Below, in pieces: positions 26,556 through 44,929 of a DNA stretch of 64,000 nucleotides. The notes below the pieces were generated by a model, which made no database searches, was not told the origin of the DNA, and was given only the letters and a program-made list of their open reading frames with translations. This DNA is from Podarcis melisellensis. Its lineage: Eukaryota. How positions within the stretch are numbered: position 1 is the first letter of the stretch; every line of letters begins with the position of its first letter. The DNA lies in assembly GCA_964234715.1 (NCBI GenBank), contig OZ174282.1; one strand, written 5' to 3'. A program made the position numbers and the translations under genes.

Positions 26556-29500
26556 CTGCCAAGGAACGGAGGATAGACACAAAAGTTATTATCTGCCTAT
26601 GAGAGTATGTCAAATGCAGAACAATGGGACTTTGCTTCCCAACATGCACACCACAAATCAGGAGAATGGTTTCTTGGTATAAACATGAGGATTTTATATT
26701 ATCCTAAATCAGAATTATCTGAGTTTTCCTAAGAAGGAAGGGTATATGATAGTTTCTCCTACCCAATTTCAAAAGTGTCATGCAAATAAAATAAAAATTA
26801 GGAGTAGAGGAATAAATAATGCTGGCAACTAATAGAAAGCGGAAAGTAAATTTGTATCACTCAGAGAATCTGCTGTTCTAGAAGCATCATCAGCATCTGT
26901 GTCTGAGTAGTTCATCATCGCTGGGAGATGGAGGGCTAGAGGAGCAGAGCCAAGCTACAAGCCAGAAAGACCAACACACACATTTTAAGAAGGTTATGGA
27001 ACAAAAGAACTCATTTTATCACTTGGCTTTACCGCTTGAGAAAATGGCTCCTGGTGCGCTGAAGTCCATGATAAATGTGCCCCCTCCAGATCTTTATTGC
27101 CCTTGTAAATCACAGGACTGACAGCAGTTAATAAGAAAGCTTTTGAGTGGTTTTGAAGTTTTGCTATGCTTTGTACAAATAAAGCCTCATAGTAAAGAAT
27201 TTGCTAGTCCTCAAGATATGGAAAAATTATTGCAAGTGAAACCTGGTTGTTTTTTTATTGTGTTTCCTTTTTCATTCTGAAAGGGGAGTATGTGTTAGAA
27301 GGATGAGATGATGAAGCCAATCCAGACATGTTGTGTTTCGGTTTCTTTTACTGCTGGTTTTAATTAACTGTTTTTATTGATAATTTTAATATTTCTTATA
27401 AACCGCTTAAGAGGTTTTACTACAATCCCACAGTATACGAATTGAGTTAAATAAAATAAGCAAATAGCCATTTTAACTTGTCTTTCTGATCAGAGCATAA
27501 TGCCTCTGTCTTACAGGCATTGGCTCTGGTATTTCTAAGCTTTGGGGCTGGGAATGCAGAGGGGAAGGAGGAGAGGGATGTTGGAAACCCAATTTCCAGC
27601 AATGCAGTGGAAAGGACCAGGATTCTACAGCTATAATTACTGGGTAATTATGTTTGGTATCTTTTTTAAACAAAGCAAGTGATGGGTGGGTTTCTATTAA
27701 AAGTGATGATTCCAAATACTGGCCAGAGAGAGTGACACTGACTGCCAGCTCTCCTCCTGCATGGAACAACAAAATTATTCTAATCTATAGAAAGGAGATA
27801 CCACAGAAGGCAGCTGCCATGATAGGATAATCCATATCCTGAATTTATACTAGACACCTATCTTTTCCTACAGTGACAGCCTCATCCTGGGCAACACAAA
27901 TGGACCTCCATTCTAAAGTGATTTGCCCCAGTTCAGTGAATGCAATCTTCATGGGGAAATGGAATTTCTGCATGTAAATCTACTGTACCAGATGTGCTGA
28001 GTAGGGGATGACAGACCACATCTAGCCATGTGATAATACGACATGCATAACTACACACAGCATTACCCCAAATGTATCTCCATGCGTCAGCTCGTGTGCA
28101 TTAAGCATGGTAATCTGAAATTATAAGAAGAAAAGCAATTGTAGGTATAACAGCAACTTAATATGGCTAGAACTCTCTCCCAATCTCTCCCACCTCCCAA
28201 TAGCCCATATTACATAACAAGTAGTGGTAATGCATGCAAGAACACCATGTGGAGATGTGTGGAATCCGTGGTCCTCTCCAGATGTTGCTGAACTACAACT
28301 CCCATCAGCCTCAGCAAGCATGGCCAATGGCCGGAGATTAGGAGTTAAAGTTCAGCAACATGGGGTGGGGGCAAAGGTTCCCCCACCTGGTATGGAGATC
28401 AGTTTGGGATACACATTTAAATTGAGAAACACCAGGGAAGATGCAGGCTCAAACTTCCGCAGCAGTTTTGCTGGGACCATGCAGGCACACACAGGACAAA
28501 CTCAAGCATGTATGGGACAAAGGCTGTGCTGTCAGGTTTTGCATCTTGCTAACAAAGAGCAGCACCCAGGAACAACTTGTGAGCATGGCTGGCACACAGT
28601 GCTTTGGGTTTGCTTTTCTTCTACGCTGTGGAATCCAGTGAGATTTTGCATGTGCAGAAAACTTGCTCTGAAAGGAAGCCATCCCAAACACAGGGCAATC
28701 CCTGGACTTAGGAAAACCAGTTTCCCTTTTCATAGTTTCTAAGAACCAAGGAGTTCTGTTTTGGTCCACTGATTTCAGAGCTCATTCCTGCACAAACCTG
28801 GGCCTAATCATTCAGTTCACATAAATGTTTGTTTAGGCAGCAGAAGAGAATAGAAAGCTACTGATGATTAAAGCACTTGACTTTACAAAATCTACACTAC
28901 ACCCCGCCCCATGTTGGTTAACAGCTAGGTGTTCTCCAATGGTGGAAACCCTTGAAAAGCTCACATCATAATTTGAGAATCGCTTGCCAAATCATATAGG
29001 TATTGATGTTTGCTGCTCTATAGTTAAATCACATCAAATGTCAATTTAATCATCTCATTAGCTGGCTTTTATTGAGCTTCAAAGCTCACTACATACTTCT
29101 GCAATTCTTTGATTAGGCAACATATAGACTGTATTTGCAGTTTGCATCTGCCAAGTGATTAGCTCAGTGGTCCTGTTAATCTGTTCGTCTCAAAGGCATG
29201 GAGGTTCAAATTCCTCAGAGGAGCATGCTCTGTTTACATCTTTGGGGCATAATGTCACCATGCAACCTTATGAGCAATATCAGCAAGCAAACGCAACTGC
29301 CTGTTTGCTAAGCTAGAGAGTGATTTCAACGACACGGTGCAGGAGGTAATGAAAACACTGACTACCTCTCCCTTGGTCATACTTGGTTAGCACTCAGTAA
29401 CCTGCCTAGCTTTTAAATACTTTCTTACTAAGGCTATCCACTGATTAACTATTTTTAGTCAAATTAAATGTCATCCTGTTTAACAGACTAGTGTTTAATT

Positions 29501-29928
29501 ATCCAGTTAAAGCAAACAGCCCGGTTGCCTCTATAAAGGTAACAAGTTAAGGGGATGTATTGAAGGTAACAGTTCCTCCCACATAATTAACAAAGACAGA
29601 TGGAAATATTCTATTCAAAAAAATCATCCCAAATACAAGAAATGATAATTAATAGCATCAGCAGTGAACACCCTCCAGCTGCAGCCAGCATCGATTCCTC
29701 TGATTTAAAATCCACATTCTAAATCTGCGATTAATGAATTAATCGATTAACATGCCGATTAGTTTGATGAATGTTCCCAGCCACACTTCTTGCCAAAAAC
29801 GCTGATGTAAGAGCCAAGAAGAGAAGCCGGGTGTGTGATTGTCACATACATAGAGTCTGGATGGCAAAGGTCAGAACAGCTTACTGGTATTGCTGGCCCG
29901 CTGCTCCGAATTGTATATCTTTTCTGTC

Positions 29929-30228
29929 NNNNNNNNNNNNNNNNNNNNNNNNNNNNNNNNNNNNNNNNNNNNNNNNNNNNNNNNNNNNNNNNNNNNNNNN
30001 NNNNNNNNNNNNNNNNNNNNNNNNNNNNNNNNNNNNNNNNNNNNNNNNNNNNNNNNNNNNNNNNNNNNNNNNNNNNNNNNNNNNNNNNNNNNNNNNNNNN
30101 NNNNNNNNNNNNNNNNNNNNNNNNNNNNNNNNNNNNNNNNNNNNNNNNNNNNNNNNNNNNNNNNNNNNNNNNNNNNNNNNNNNNNNNNNNNNNNNNNNNN
30201 NNNNNNNNNNNNNNNNNNNNNNNNNNNN
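29929..30228. other. Assembly gap (300 N)
   Basis: Run of N; the ORFs spanning it are artefacts. Confidence 1.
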
Positions 30229-30494
30229 GTTTTATATGTATATTGATAAAAGAAGCTTCCAAAGGCAGCATTGTCAGTTCTGTTATATGGTCAGATGTCT
30301 CCCCCTGCTGGAAAGAAGAAAAGATTCCACCCAGAAGGAAAATAGAATACTGTACAGTACTGTGTTTTAGGAAATTGTGTGATGTAAGGTCTAGAAGTGC
30401 CACAAGAGGTCCCCTGCCCTTACTATACAACAATAACTTCAAACTGATTCAGCACAGGCCACGTAGGGCTATTTAGGGGTCTCTTCCAGCTTAT

Positions 30495-30660
30495 GAACAG
30501 AGGAAGCTGCGTTCTTCTAGGTCAGACCATTCACCCGTCTAGCCCAGTATTGACGTCTCTGACTGGCAGCAGCTCTCCAGGGTCTTGGGCAGAGAGAGGC
30601 TTTTCCCATCACCAGGTACCTGGAGATGCTGCCAGGGATCGAAGTCGGACCTTTTTGCAT
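30495..30660 (-). mobile_element. tRNA-Ala-derived SINE
   Basis: Same family as 1307-1508, reverse orientation. Confidence 0.65.
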
Positions 30661-32854
30661 TTTAACGCTGCCTTAACATCATCTGATTTTAGCCTCTGCT
30701 CACTTGACAGCGATCATTCAGTTTTAGCGTGTGGGGGTCTTTTAGTTTTTATTGGATTGTGCCAGTGTTAATGCTTACTTATTTAGTTGCTAGGCTTGTA
30801 TATCACAATGTATTGCTTGGATTATTATGTGCTTTTTTTAACTCTTTGTATCAGGGTTATACATCACCTAGAGGCTCATTGCAATTCGGTGACTGATAAA
30901 TGTAACAAATGATATAGAATAAGATGAAGTAAATAAACAACAGAAGTGCTTTGCATCATAACATCTTCTTCCATGGGAGCCCTTTTGGAATCAATATTGC
31001 AAAAACACACAGTAAAGAAAATTAAAGCCATTCAAACTTTTAAAGAGAAAGGTTCAGGAGCCGCCACTGGCAGAAATATAGTATTCTGCTTGTGGATCTT
31101 TCCTAGGGGGGAAATCAGGGTTTGTATCCTGTCCTGAAAAAAGTGTCCAAGGGCAGCTTACACAGCATCATAAAAGCAATGTTAGAATAGTAAAATCCGT
31201 TTGGCAAATAAAACTTACAAAAATAAAACAGCAATGGCAAACCAGTCTAAAATCCATAATTCATACTGAAATTACGGAGGGGGGTGGAAATAGGTTTTAG
31301 CCTGGTGCTGAAATGAGAGCAAAGCAGGCTCCAGGTAGGCCCCTCTTGAGAAGTGTCCCATAGGCACAACTGTGACAAGTCCTATTCAGACATCATGCTC
31401 CCTCCTGTGGCATTTTCCTTCACTTCCATCCAAAATGGCAAACTAAGCAAATTAAGAATGTCATGGGAAGTTGCCGTATCCCAGGTCAATCCACTGGACT
31501 ATCTAGCCCAATATTTTCTTCTCTGACTTATAGTGGCTCTCCAGGGACTTGGCAGAGGCCTTTCCCATCTGCTGCTATGGGGTTTTTTTAACCAGAAAAA
31601 CCAGTTATTTGTCAGGGTCCAGCTACACCCAGACTATGAACCAGAGTCTCCTTGGAGGTGGAAGAACAGGGGAAGCAGGAACGCAACACACACACACACA
31701 CACACACACACCCCAGAACACCAGCACTGCCAGCAACCCTGAGGAATCCTTCATTACTTTGAACCCTGATGTTCCAGCTGTAGCATAGAAGGTCAATTAC
31801 TGGTTGCCTGAGCTCCCATCTGGATCACAGGAATCCCCTCTGTCGGCCATACAGCAACAGGAGTGGTGGAGCTGACAAGCTAGCCACACTCCAGAATCAC
31901 CCATATGTCTCTGAAACACCAAAGAAAATGTATTTTACCCAATGGCAGTGAGGATCAGAAAAAAAATACATGGTTGAACTTCACTCTGTAAAAAATACTG
32001 AAAGCTAAAAAAAGAAAGAAAATAAATTAAGTGCTCTGGGAATTTTCTTCAACCTCCCTCTGTCCAACAGCGCTTGAGCAAGGACCCTGTAGTGATAACC
32101 TCAGGTCCCACCAGGTAGCAAGTTTTTCCTGTCTCTTATGAGGAATAATCTCTGACCAGAAATCCAAATCATAAAAGGTCAACTCCTTCCCTTAAGAGAC
32201 TAAAATTGATCCATATAAGACCTCATATTGCGAATTCCTGTTGCAGTGCCTTGTCGGGGTTGAACTACTGGCCAAAGGACTTTCTTCATTGTAGATAAAT
32301 CTGTATGAAATCTTGCAATGCTGCTTTAAGAAACTTTTTAAAAAGCGTCTGAGATGCCGGGATTTCTGCAAGCAGTCTCCCATTTCCTCTTCTTTGGCTC
32401 TTGCTAGTAGTAGCTGGGATGTAAGAAACAGCATCTGTTAAGAGGTGCAATTATGTCACTCAGTGCAGAGCTGAAAGACCAGGACAGGAAGAGGACTGTG
32501 ACATAGCAAGATATGGGTAAGAAGATATAGCAAAGTACTTTGGGCAGCACATAACAATCCTCAGAAAGCAAGCAGTGCAACACAAACTTTCAAGCTTGCC
32601 AACTGAGAGTGGGTGGTGTGTAACTTAATTATTCTTTCTTTCCTTTGATTCAGAAGGTTCCCAAGAAAGTTTCCTATCAAATACTCAGCATGAAGTCATG
32701 GAACAAAGAAATGTTTGGTCAGAAATTACCATGGCCCACCAATGGTGTTTGTTGTGAGAAGGCCACAAACAGATTTTGAGAACAGCCACTCATGTGCCCA
32801 TCACTTCAAGACCATGATAGCTGTTCTTCTTGCAACTACATATGCACATTACGT

Positions 32855-33065
32855 AGGAACATAGGAAGATGCCTTATAACAGAGGCCCATCTTCTGACTC
32901 AGTACAGTGGTACTGAGTGGTAACTGAGTGGTACTGAGTGGTAACATCTTTCCAAGGTTTCAGACAGGGGACATTCCTTCTCCCGCCTGGAGATGCCAGG
33001 GACTGAGCTGAGGACCTTCTACATGCAAAGCAGATGCTCTATCCACTGAGGTACCACCCTTTCCC
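32855..33065 (-). mobile_element. tRNA-Ala-derived SINE with small internal tandem repeat (gtggtactga)
   Basis: cctggagatgccaggga...catgcaaagcagatgctctatccactgag. Confidence 0.75.
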
Positions 33066-34189
33066 ATTAATAAGCCAAAGCAGCTGCCAACATCCGCAGC
33101 ACACTTTTCATTAAAAATCACATCTCAGCTCAAGGCTCTTGCTCCTATTTGCGTCCTGTGATCTACGCTGTTGTCTTCCAGGTCCCCAGGTACAAATGCT
33201 CAGAGTACTGAGTTTTACCTGCAATTTCTAAAAAGCCTTGGATCTCCTTACTTAAGAAGCCACTTCTCTTCCCATGCCACAATGCAGCAGGTGAGATCAG
33301 AAGAGGCACCTGAGATCTTTCTCATTATCAAAGAGAAGGGAGAGGCAATAGAGTGCTTTCTGGAGAGACTACTTGGGACTGGCATGTGTTTTCTCCTTCA
33401 TCAGAAGGAGGTTGAATTCAGAACACATTGAAAGAAGTTAGTCATTTGTGGGCTTTTGCAGTGGGCGATGTCACTCAAGAGTCTTCAAGGAGGATAAAGC
33501 ATAAAAGCTAATCTTTCTTATGAGGTGCCATTCAAGGCGGGGGTGAGGGGAGCTTCAAAAGAACAGCAACAGAGACCTATAATATATTTGTGAATGAACC
33601 AAATGAATGTATCTGGGTATCTTCTCTTATCTGAAGCCACCCCTATAAATCAAGATCATGCCTTACAAGGGATTAATTAACACACATTCTGAATCACTGA
33701 GCCAGAAAACAAGCTGGTATTTTCTGCAAAAATTATGACCAATTAAGTGGTTCTATAACATCTACTTTCCTCAGCAACAGTGAGAAATTCCAAACAAAGA
33801 GAAGGGACAGCAGCCTGTGTGGGCCAATAGAGAGCTGGTCTTGGACCTTGTGAATAAGTCTCACCTCTGGGTGACCTTAGGCAAGTTGCCACCTCAGTCT
33901 CAGTATTGGTTAATCCGTATGCTATTTGCACAGCACCTTGTAAAGCAAAGTTCTTCAGGAGTGGTTTAAATAAGTATAAGAACCTGAATGAATTGCAGCT
34001 GCCACGGTTGCCAGAGGACACAGTGGATTATTTTATGTGCTTCTAAACTACTCTGCTGTTTGGAGTGATTTGCCTCAAACCAAAGTGTTGTGCTCTACTG
34101 CCATGGTCTTGAGGTGGCCCATATTAATAATAGCTCTGGAAGAAGTGGGCTGAGACAAAGCCCACCACTCAATTCCCTCTTAACAGTAG

Positions 34190-34385
34190 GAGCATAAGAA
34201 ACGACCCCATACAGTCTTGGTCTATCCAGCCCAGAATTAACTATGCTGACTGGCAGCATCAGCTCTCCAAAGTTTCAGAGTTTCTCTCCCTGTAGTACCT
34301 GCAGATGCTGCTGTGGATTGAGCCTTAGGTAGGACTCCGTCTGCATGCAAAGCAGAGGCTCTGCCACTGAGCCACAGCCCTTCCC
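34190..34385 (-). mobile_element. tRNA-Ala-derived SINE
   Basis: ctgcatgcaaagcagaggctctgccactgagccacagcccttccc. Confidence 0.7.
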
Positions 34386-34668
34386 TTAATACTTTGGAGT
34401 TGGAGTGGATGACTATTGTAGATATAAACAAGTTGTTGCTGGTTGCTGTTTAAGTTCTTTTTTAAAATTGTTTTGTGCTGCCTAGTTTTCTCTCTCTGGA
34501 AGTAAACATGTGGCTCCCCCAACATATGACTCCAGAGTGAATGCAGCACTGGACAGACAGAAATCTTCCATGTTGCAAATGTTTCCTTCAATTGTGGAAA
34601 ATGTGTGTTTGTGTGCATGTGCATGAGTAATTTCAAATAACTGAGGAAGCCCTCTATTTGGAGCATGT

Positions 34669-35471
34669 GATTGCAGGAAGAAATATCAACAACCTCAGAT
34701 ATGCAGATGACACAACCTTGATGGCAGAGAGTGAGGAGGAATTAAAGAATCTTTTAATAAGGGTGAAAGAGGAGAGTGCAAAATATGGTCTGAAGCTCAA
34801 CATCAATAAAACTAAGATCACGGCCACTGGGCCCATCACCTCCTGGCAAATAGAAGGGGAAGAAATGGAGGCAGTGAGAGATTTTACTTTCTTGGGTTCC
34901 ATGATCACTGCAGATGGTGACAGCAGTCACAAAATTAAAAGACACCTGCTTCTTGGGAGAAAAGCAATGACAAACCTAGACAGCATCTTAAAAAGCAGGC
35001 ATCACCGTGCCGACAAAAGTCCGTATTGGTAAAGCTATGATTTTCCCAGTAGAGATGCATTGAAGTGAGAGCTGGACCATAAAGAAGGCTGATCGCAGAA
35101 GAATTGATGCTTTTGAATTATGGTGCTGGAGGAGACTCTTGAGAGTCCCATGGACTGCAAGAAGATCAAACCTCTCCATTCTGAAGGAAATCAGCCCTGA
35201 GTGCTCTCTGGAAGGACAGATCCTGAAGCTGAGGCTCCAATACTTTGGCCACCTCATGAGAAGAGAAGACTCCCTGGAAAAGACCCTGATGGTGGGAAAG
35301 ATGGAGGGCACAAGGAGAAGGGGACAACAGAGGATGAGATGGTTGGACAGTGTTCTTGAAGCTACCAGCATGAGTTTGACCAAACTGCAGTGGAAGACAG
35401 GAGTGCCTGGCGTGCTCTGGTCCATGGGGTCACGAAGAGTCGGACACGACTAAATGACTAAACAACAACAA
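34669..35471 (+). mobile_element. BovB (RTE clade) LINE 3' fragment, degenerate
   Basis: IAGRNINNLRYADDTTLMAESEEELK...RVPWTARRSNLSILKEI...LQYFGHLMRR; frameshift/stop near 35000-35060; (AAC)n tail. Confidence 0.95.
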
Positions 35472-35669
35472 AATGTGTCTTGCACGTGTTAGCAGCGATA
35501 CAGTATCTTCCCTGAAACCAAATCTCGGGTTTTTCCCCTCCTCAAATTTCCGAAAATTTCTTAAAACGCGTAGAAAAAGTACTTTGGGTGGATGCTAAAG
35601 CCGCCTCCAGACTTACGTTGTGAACGAAAAGCACAAAAAGGATGCTTAAATCATTCATCAACGGCTTCC

Positions 35670-41534
<5,865 letters not shown>

Positions 41535-41555
41535 AGTAGGATTTTGTATTTGTAT

Positions 41556-41561
41556 ATTAAA
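41556..41561 (+). terminator. Candidate proximal PSMD7 polyadenylation signal ATTAAA
   Basis: ATTAAA 21 nt after the stop, preceded by TGTA motifs and followed by GT/T-rich sequence. Confidence 0.45.
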
Positions 41562-41797
41562 ACCTTGTAAACTGAACTCTGGTGCTGGCTGTAGGCTTTT
41601 TTTGTTAGTAGAGGCTTGGGGGGTACCCAGAACTGCTTTGGTTTGTAGGTGGGTAGCTAGATAGAAGATGAGATGACCTGAGCAATATCTGTTTAACTGG
41701 ACCATCTATGGCAGGGATGATCATAAGCCATGAGGCCAAATGCACCCCCAGAATTTGCATGGCCCTTGAGGTGCTTTCTGGAAATTGTAAAGCAATT

Positions 41798-41903
41798 GTT
41801 GGATGGCCAGCTGTAATGCATGCTTTAGTTGAGATTCCTGTACTGGAGGGGGTTGGACTAGATGACCATTAGGCTCCCTTCCAACTCTGATTCTATGAGA
41901 TTC
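41798..41903 (+). mobile_element. CR1 LINE extreme 3' end
   Basis: ggggttggactagatgacc...cccttccaactctgattctatga, CR1 terminal hairpin and ATTCTATG tail. Confidence 0.75.
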
Positions 41904-42482
41904 TTCACCAGCTCTGCTTGAAGTAGGTGGAGAAGTTTTTCAAGGAGTGTTTTTGGCTGGCTGGAATGTGTCCCAGAATTCTTAATATTTCTAATTGGCT
42001 GGATGGATGAGAGAGAGGAATGTGTGTAGAAACAAAAGCTGCTACATAAAGGGGAAATGTATATTAATTTCTCCACCTACTTTTGCCTCTGCCCCTGCCT
42101 ACCACTGTCATGTGGCCCTTTGACTGAAAAAGGTTCCCTGTCCTTGATACAGGCCTGTATACAGCCTGAAGCAAGAAATGGCACTAGGGCAGACAGCCTG
42201 GTTAGTCTTTGCTTTAGCAAAAGCTGTCAGCCCTGGCATGGCATAATGCCTCTTCAGCCAGCTACAAAGACGGAGTCTTGGTCTTGTTTGCTCACAGTGT
42301 TCAAAAGCAGGTCCCACGGACGCACACCATAAACTGCACTATCCAGTCTGGCCAGTGAGACCATAAGCTTAATCCCATAACCAAGAAAGTCTGTTATGGG
42401 GGCATGCACCCCCAGATGCACACATCAGAGGTAGACCACAGGCCAGCTCTTGCCTGGATTTGTTCTGAAGTACAGCAAAGAC

Positions 42483-42604
42483 TTTGAAGCTACAAACATG
42501 AGTCTGACCAAACTGCGGGAGGCAGTGGAAGACAGAAGTGCCTGGTGTGCTCTGGTCCATGGGGTCACGAAGAGTCGGACACGACTAAACGACTATAAAC
42601 AACA
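42483..42604 (+). mobile_element. Short BovB 3'-end insertion
   Basis: Near-identical to 35356-35470 (gtcacgaagagtcggacacgactaa); 11-bp TSD acagcaaagac at 42472-42482 and 42605-42615. Confidence 0.9.
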
Positions 42605-42671
42605 ACAGCAAAGACAACAACAACCTGAGGTACTGGTACTTCTTTGCCAGAGCTCATGCAATAATGAGCTT

Positions 42672-42690
42672 CAGCCGCCAGGTGGCAGCA
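42672..42690 (+). promoter_or_regulatory. CTCF-type motif between PSMD7 and WWP2 3' ends
   Basis: CAGCCGCCAGGTGGCAGCA matches core CCRSYAGRKGGCR. Confidence 0.6.
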
Positions 42691-43119
42691 AACACTCATG
42701 CAGCTGGCTTGAGAAATCCTCTCAATACAACCCCCAAAGTAGGGGAAAGTTTAAATGACATACAAGCCATCAACAGTAAAACCATCATACAATAAGAGAG
42801 TAAAAAATGCACATTATCCACAAAAGAGGCAAGATCTTGACCGTTGCACAATAGGAGAGGGTTAGAGAGATTGCTTGCTCGTGAGGTGACCATTAATTGC
42901 TTACCACTGCCACGTATGCCCACCTTGTCCAAGAACAAGCTGGCAAACTTTTGGGGCTGAAGGAGGCTACTTTACTAGGAACCTTCCTCACCCATAGCCT
43001 CTTTCAAGACAGGTGGCATGAAGGGGAGATATTTAGCCTTGACCAGGTCGTTTGCTTTCCGCTTCACAGACATAGTGGTTTAAGGAAGACATCTTTACTT
43101 AGGAAGAGAGTAGAGAGAT

Positions 43120-43303
43120 GAAACAGGAACATGGGCAGAATCTGGGTGCTGCATCAGACCAAAGGCCCATCTGACACCACATTCAGTTCTTGCAGTGGCC
43201 AACCAGATGCCAGTGGGAAGCCTGCAAGCAGGATCTGAGCACAACAGTAACTTTCCCTACTTGTAATTTCCAGCAACTGGTATTCAGAGACATACCACTT
43301 CTG
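43120..43303 (-). mobile_element. CR1-type 3'UTR fragment
   Basis: atcagaccaaaggcccatct...cagtggccaaccagatgcc..cagcaactggtattcaga, resembles the reverse complement of the 11840-12040 family. Confidence 0.55.
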
Positions 43304-44575
43304 TTTTTGTCATTTTCCTGTTTTATTTCTTTTTTGTTAATGTTTGTTGTTTTGTAGACACACATGCATGTGCACACACATAAATATGCATAAATATATG
43401 TAAATACCTAGCTGTTGTGATCAGTACACCTTGCTGGAGTGAATTCTGTGAATTATTTCTGCATTCTGTGAAGTACTTCCTTTTGCATGTTTTAGGTCAG
43501 CTACCAATCAGTTCCAGAGCCTGAGGTCTTGTTTTATGAGACATGGGGAAAAGATTTGCACTTTTCTCCAGCACAGCATCCTTGATTTTTGTTTCTTCCT
43601 CTCTCATTGCTTTTGCACACATCTGTCTGAGGCCCTTTTTTGCAGAACTTTTACTCTGTTTCTGCTTTTGCTTTTTCAAGTAGCTGCCTGGTTGCTGTAG
43701 GGAGACCTGAAACTGGGATTCAAACCTGTGCGGAAACAACCAACCTCTGCATTTCCCTGTGAAGTCTTTTTATCTGCTTTTCTATAGCAAGTCAGATGCT
43801 CAGGGTAGGCCCTTTGCTTAGGACAAAACCTCTCTGGAAGATGTTTGTTCCTGAGACAAGAATTGCTAATTTACAGGCTCTTTGGCCCACCAGTGAAATT
43901 GGAGATTACGACAACTGCCGCCCTCCAATTCCCAGAGCAGCAAGAGCAGAGCTCTGATACAGCAGCCAAGCCTGTGACAACGGTGACTTCAAACTCAGCC
44001 CCCACTGCAGCCCCTCTAATTACAAAGGAAACTGCCTGTTAAGGATTGGCAGCAGTTCTCCCAAGTGGCTTTGGCAAGATGCTGATGAAATCCAGAAGGG
44101 CTTTTCTGCAAACTAGGAAGGAGGTCAGACAGTCAAGGAGCCCAAAGCTGCTTGTGTGAAAAAGGACATTCCCCTCACCCCCTTGGAGTCCTGGCTAGTC
44201 AGATGAGAAATTCAACACGAACACAGTAGCTGATGGTGGAAGGAATGAGAATCAAGGTGACAATGGTTGAATAGAACTATCTAGAAGCCAGTAGGCTGCT
44301 GCTTATTGCAAGACTAGATCATGTCCAAAAGATCTGGTTTCATGAGTTGATTCAGTACTGTAATTGCCTTTGGTAGAGTGAAGAACATTGTAGAGAAATA
44401 GCTAAAGTTCTGTGTTTTGCTAGGGAAAGAGGGAAAGAGACCTGTGTGCAACATGCACCGATTAGGAGAGGCTCCTAATTGCAAGGGAAGTCACCAGATT
44501 TGTTTCACAGCTGTCTGTGCTGGATGCTCTCCAACATCTTTGCGCACTTGGATAAGGAATTAACATGTGCACTAA

Positions 44576-44929
44576 GGTAAAGGTAAAGGGACCCCTGACC
44601 ATTAGGTCCAGTCGTGGCCAACTCTGGGATTGTGGCGCTCATCTCGCTTTATTGGCCGAGGGAGCAGGCGCACAGCTTCCAGGTCATGTGGCCAGCAAGA
44701 CTAAGCTGCTTCTGGAGAACCAGAGCAACACACGGAAACACCGTTTACCGTCCCACCAGAGCGGTACCTATTTATCTACTTGCACTTTGACATGCTTTTG
44801 AACTACTAGGTTGGCAGGAGCAGGGACCAAACAACGGGAGCTCACCCCATCACGGGGATTCGAACCACCGACCTTCTGATTGGCAAGTCCTAGGCTCTGT
44901 GGTTTAACCCACAGTGCCACCCATGTCCC
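44576..44929 (-). mobile_element. Sauria SINE, full length
   Basis: Minus strand begins GGGACATGGGTGGCACTGTGGGTTAAACCACAGAGCCTAGGACTTGCC, B-box GGTTCGAATCC, (ACCTTT)n tail; 15-bp TSD with one mismatch (44561-44575 / 44932-44946). Confidence 0.92.

Noticed and set aside
29759-30476. Long ORFs of 118-227 aa
   Set aside because: Artefacts of translating through 300 N
32906-32945. Short direct repeats (also 46851-46888 and 24243-24274) as CRISPR-like arrays
   Set aside because: Two to four adjacent copies without unique spacers in vertebrate DNA; simple slippage duplications
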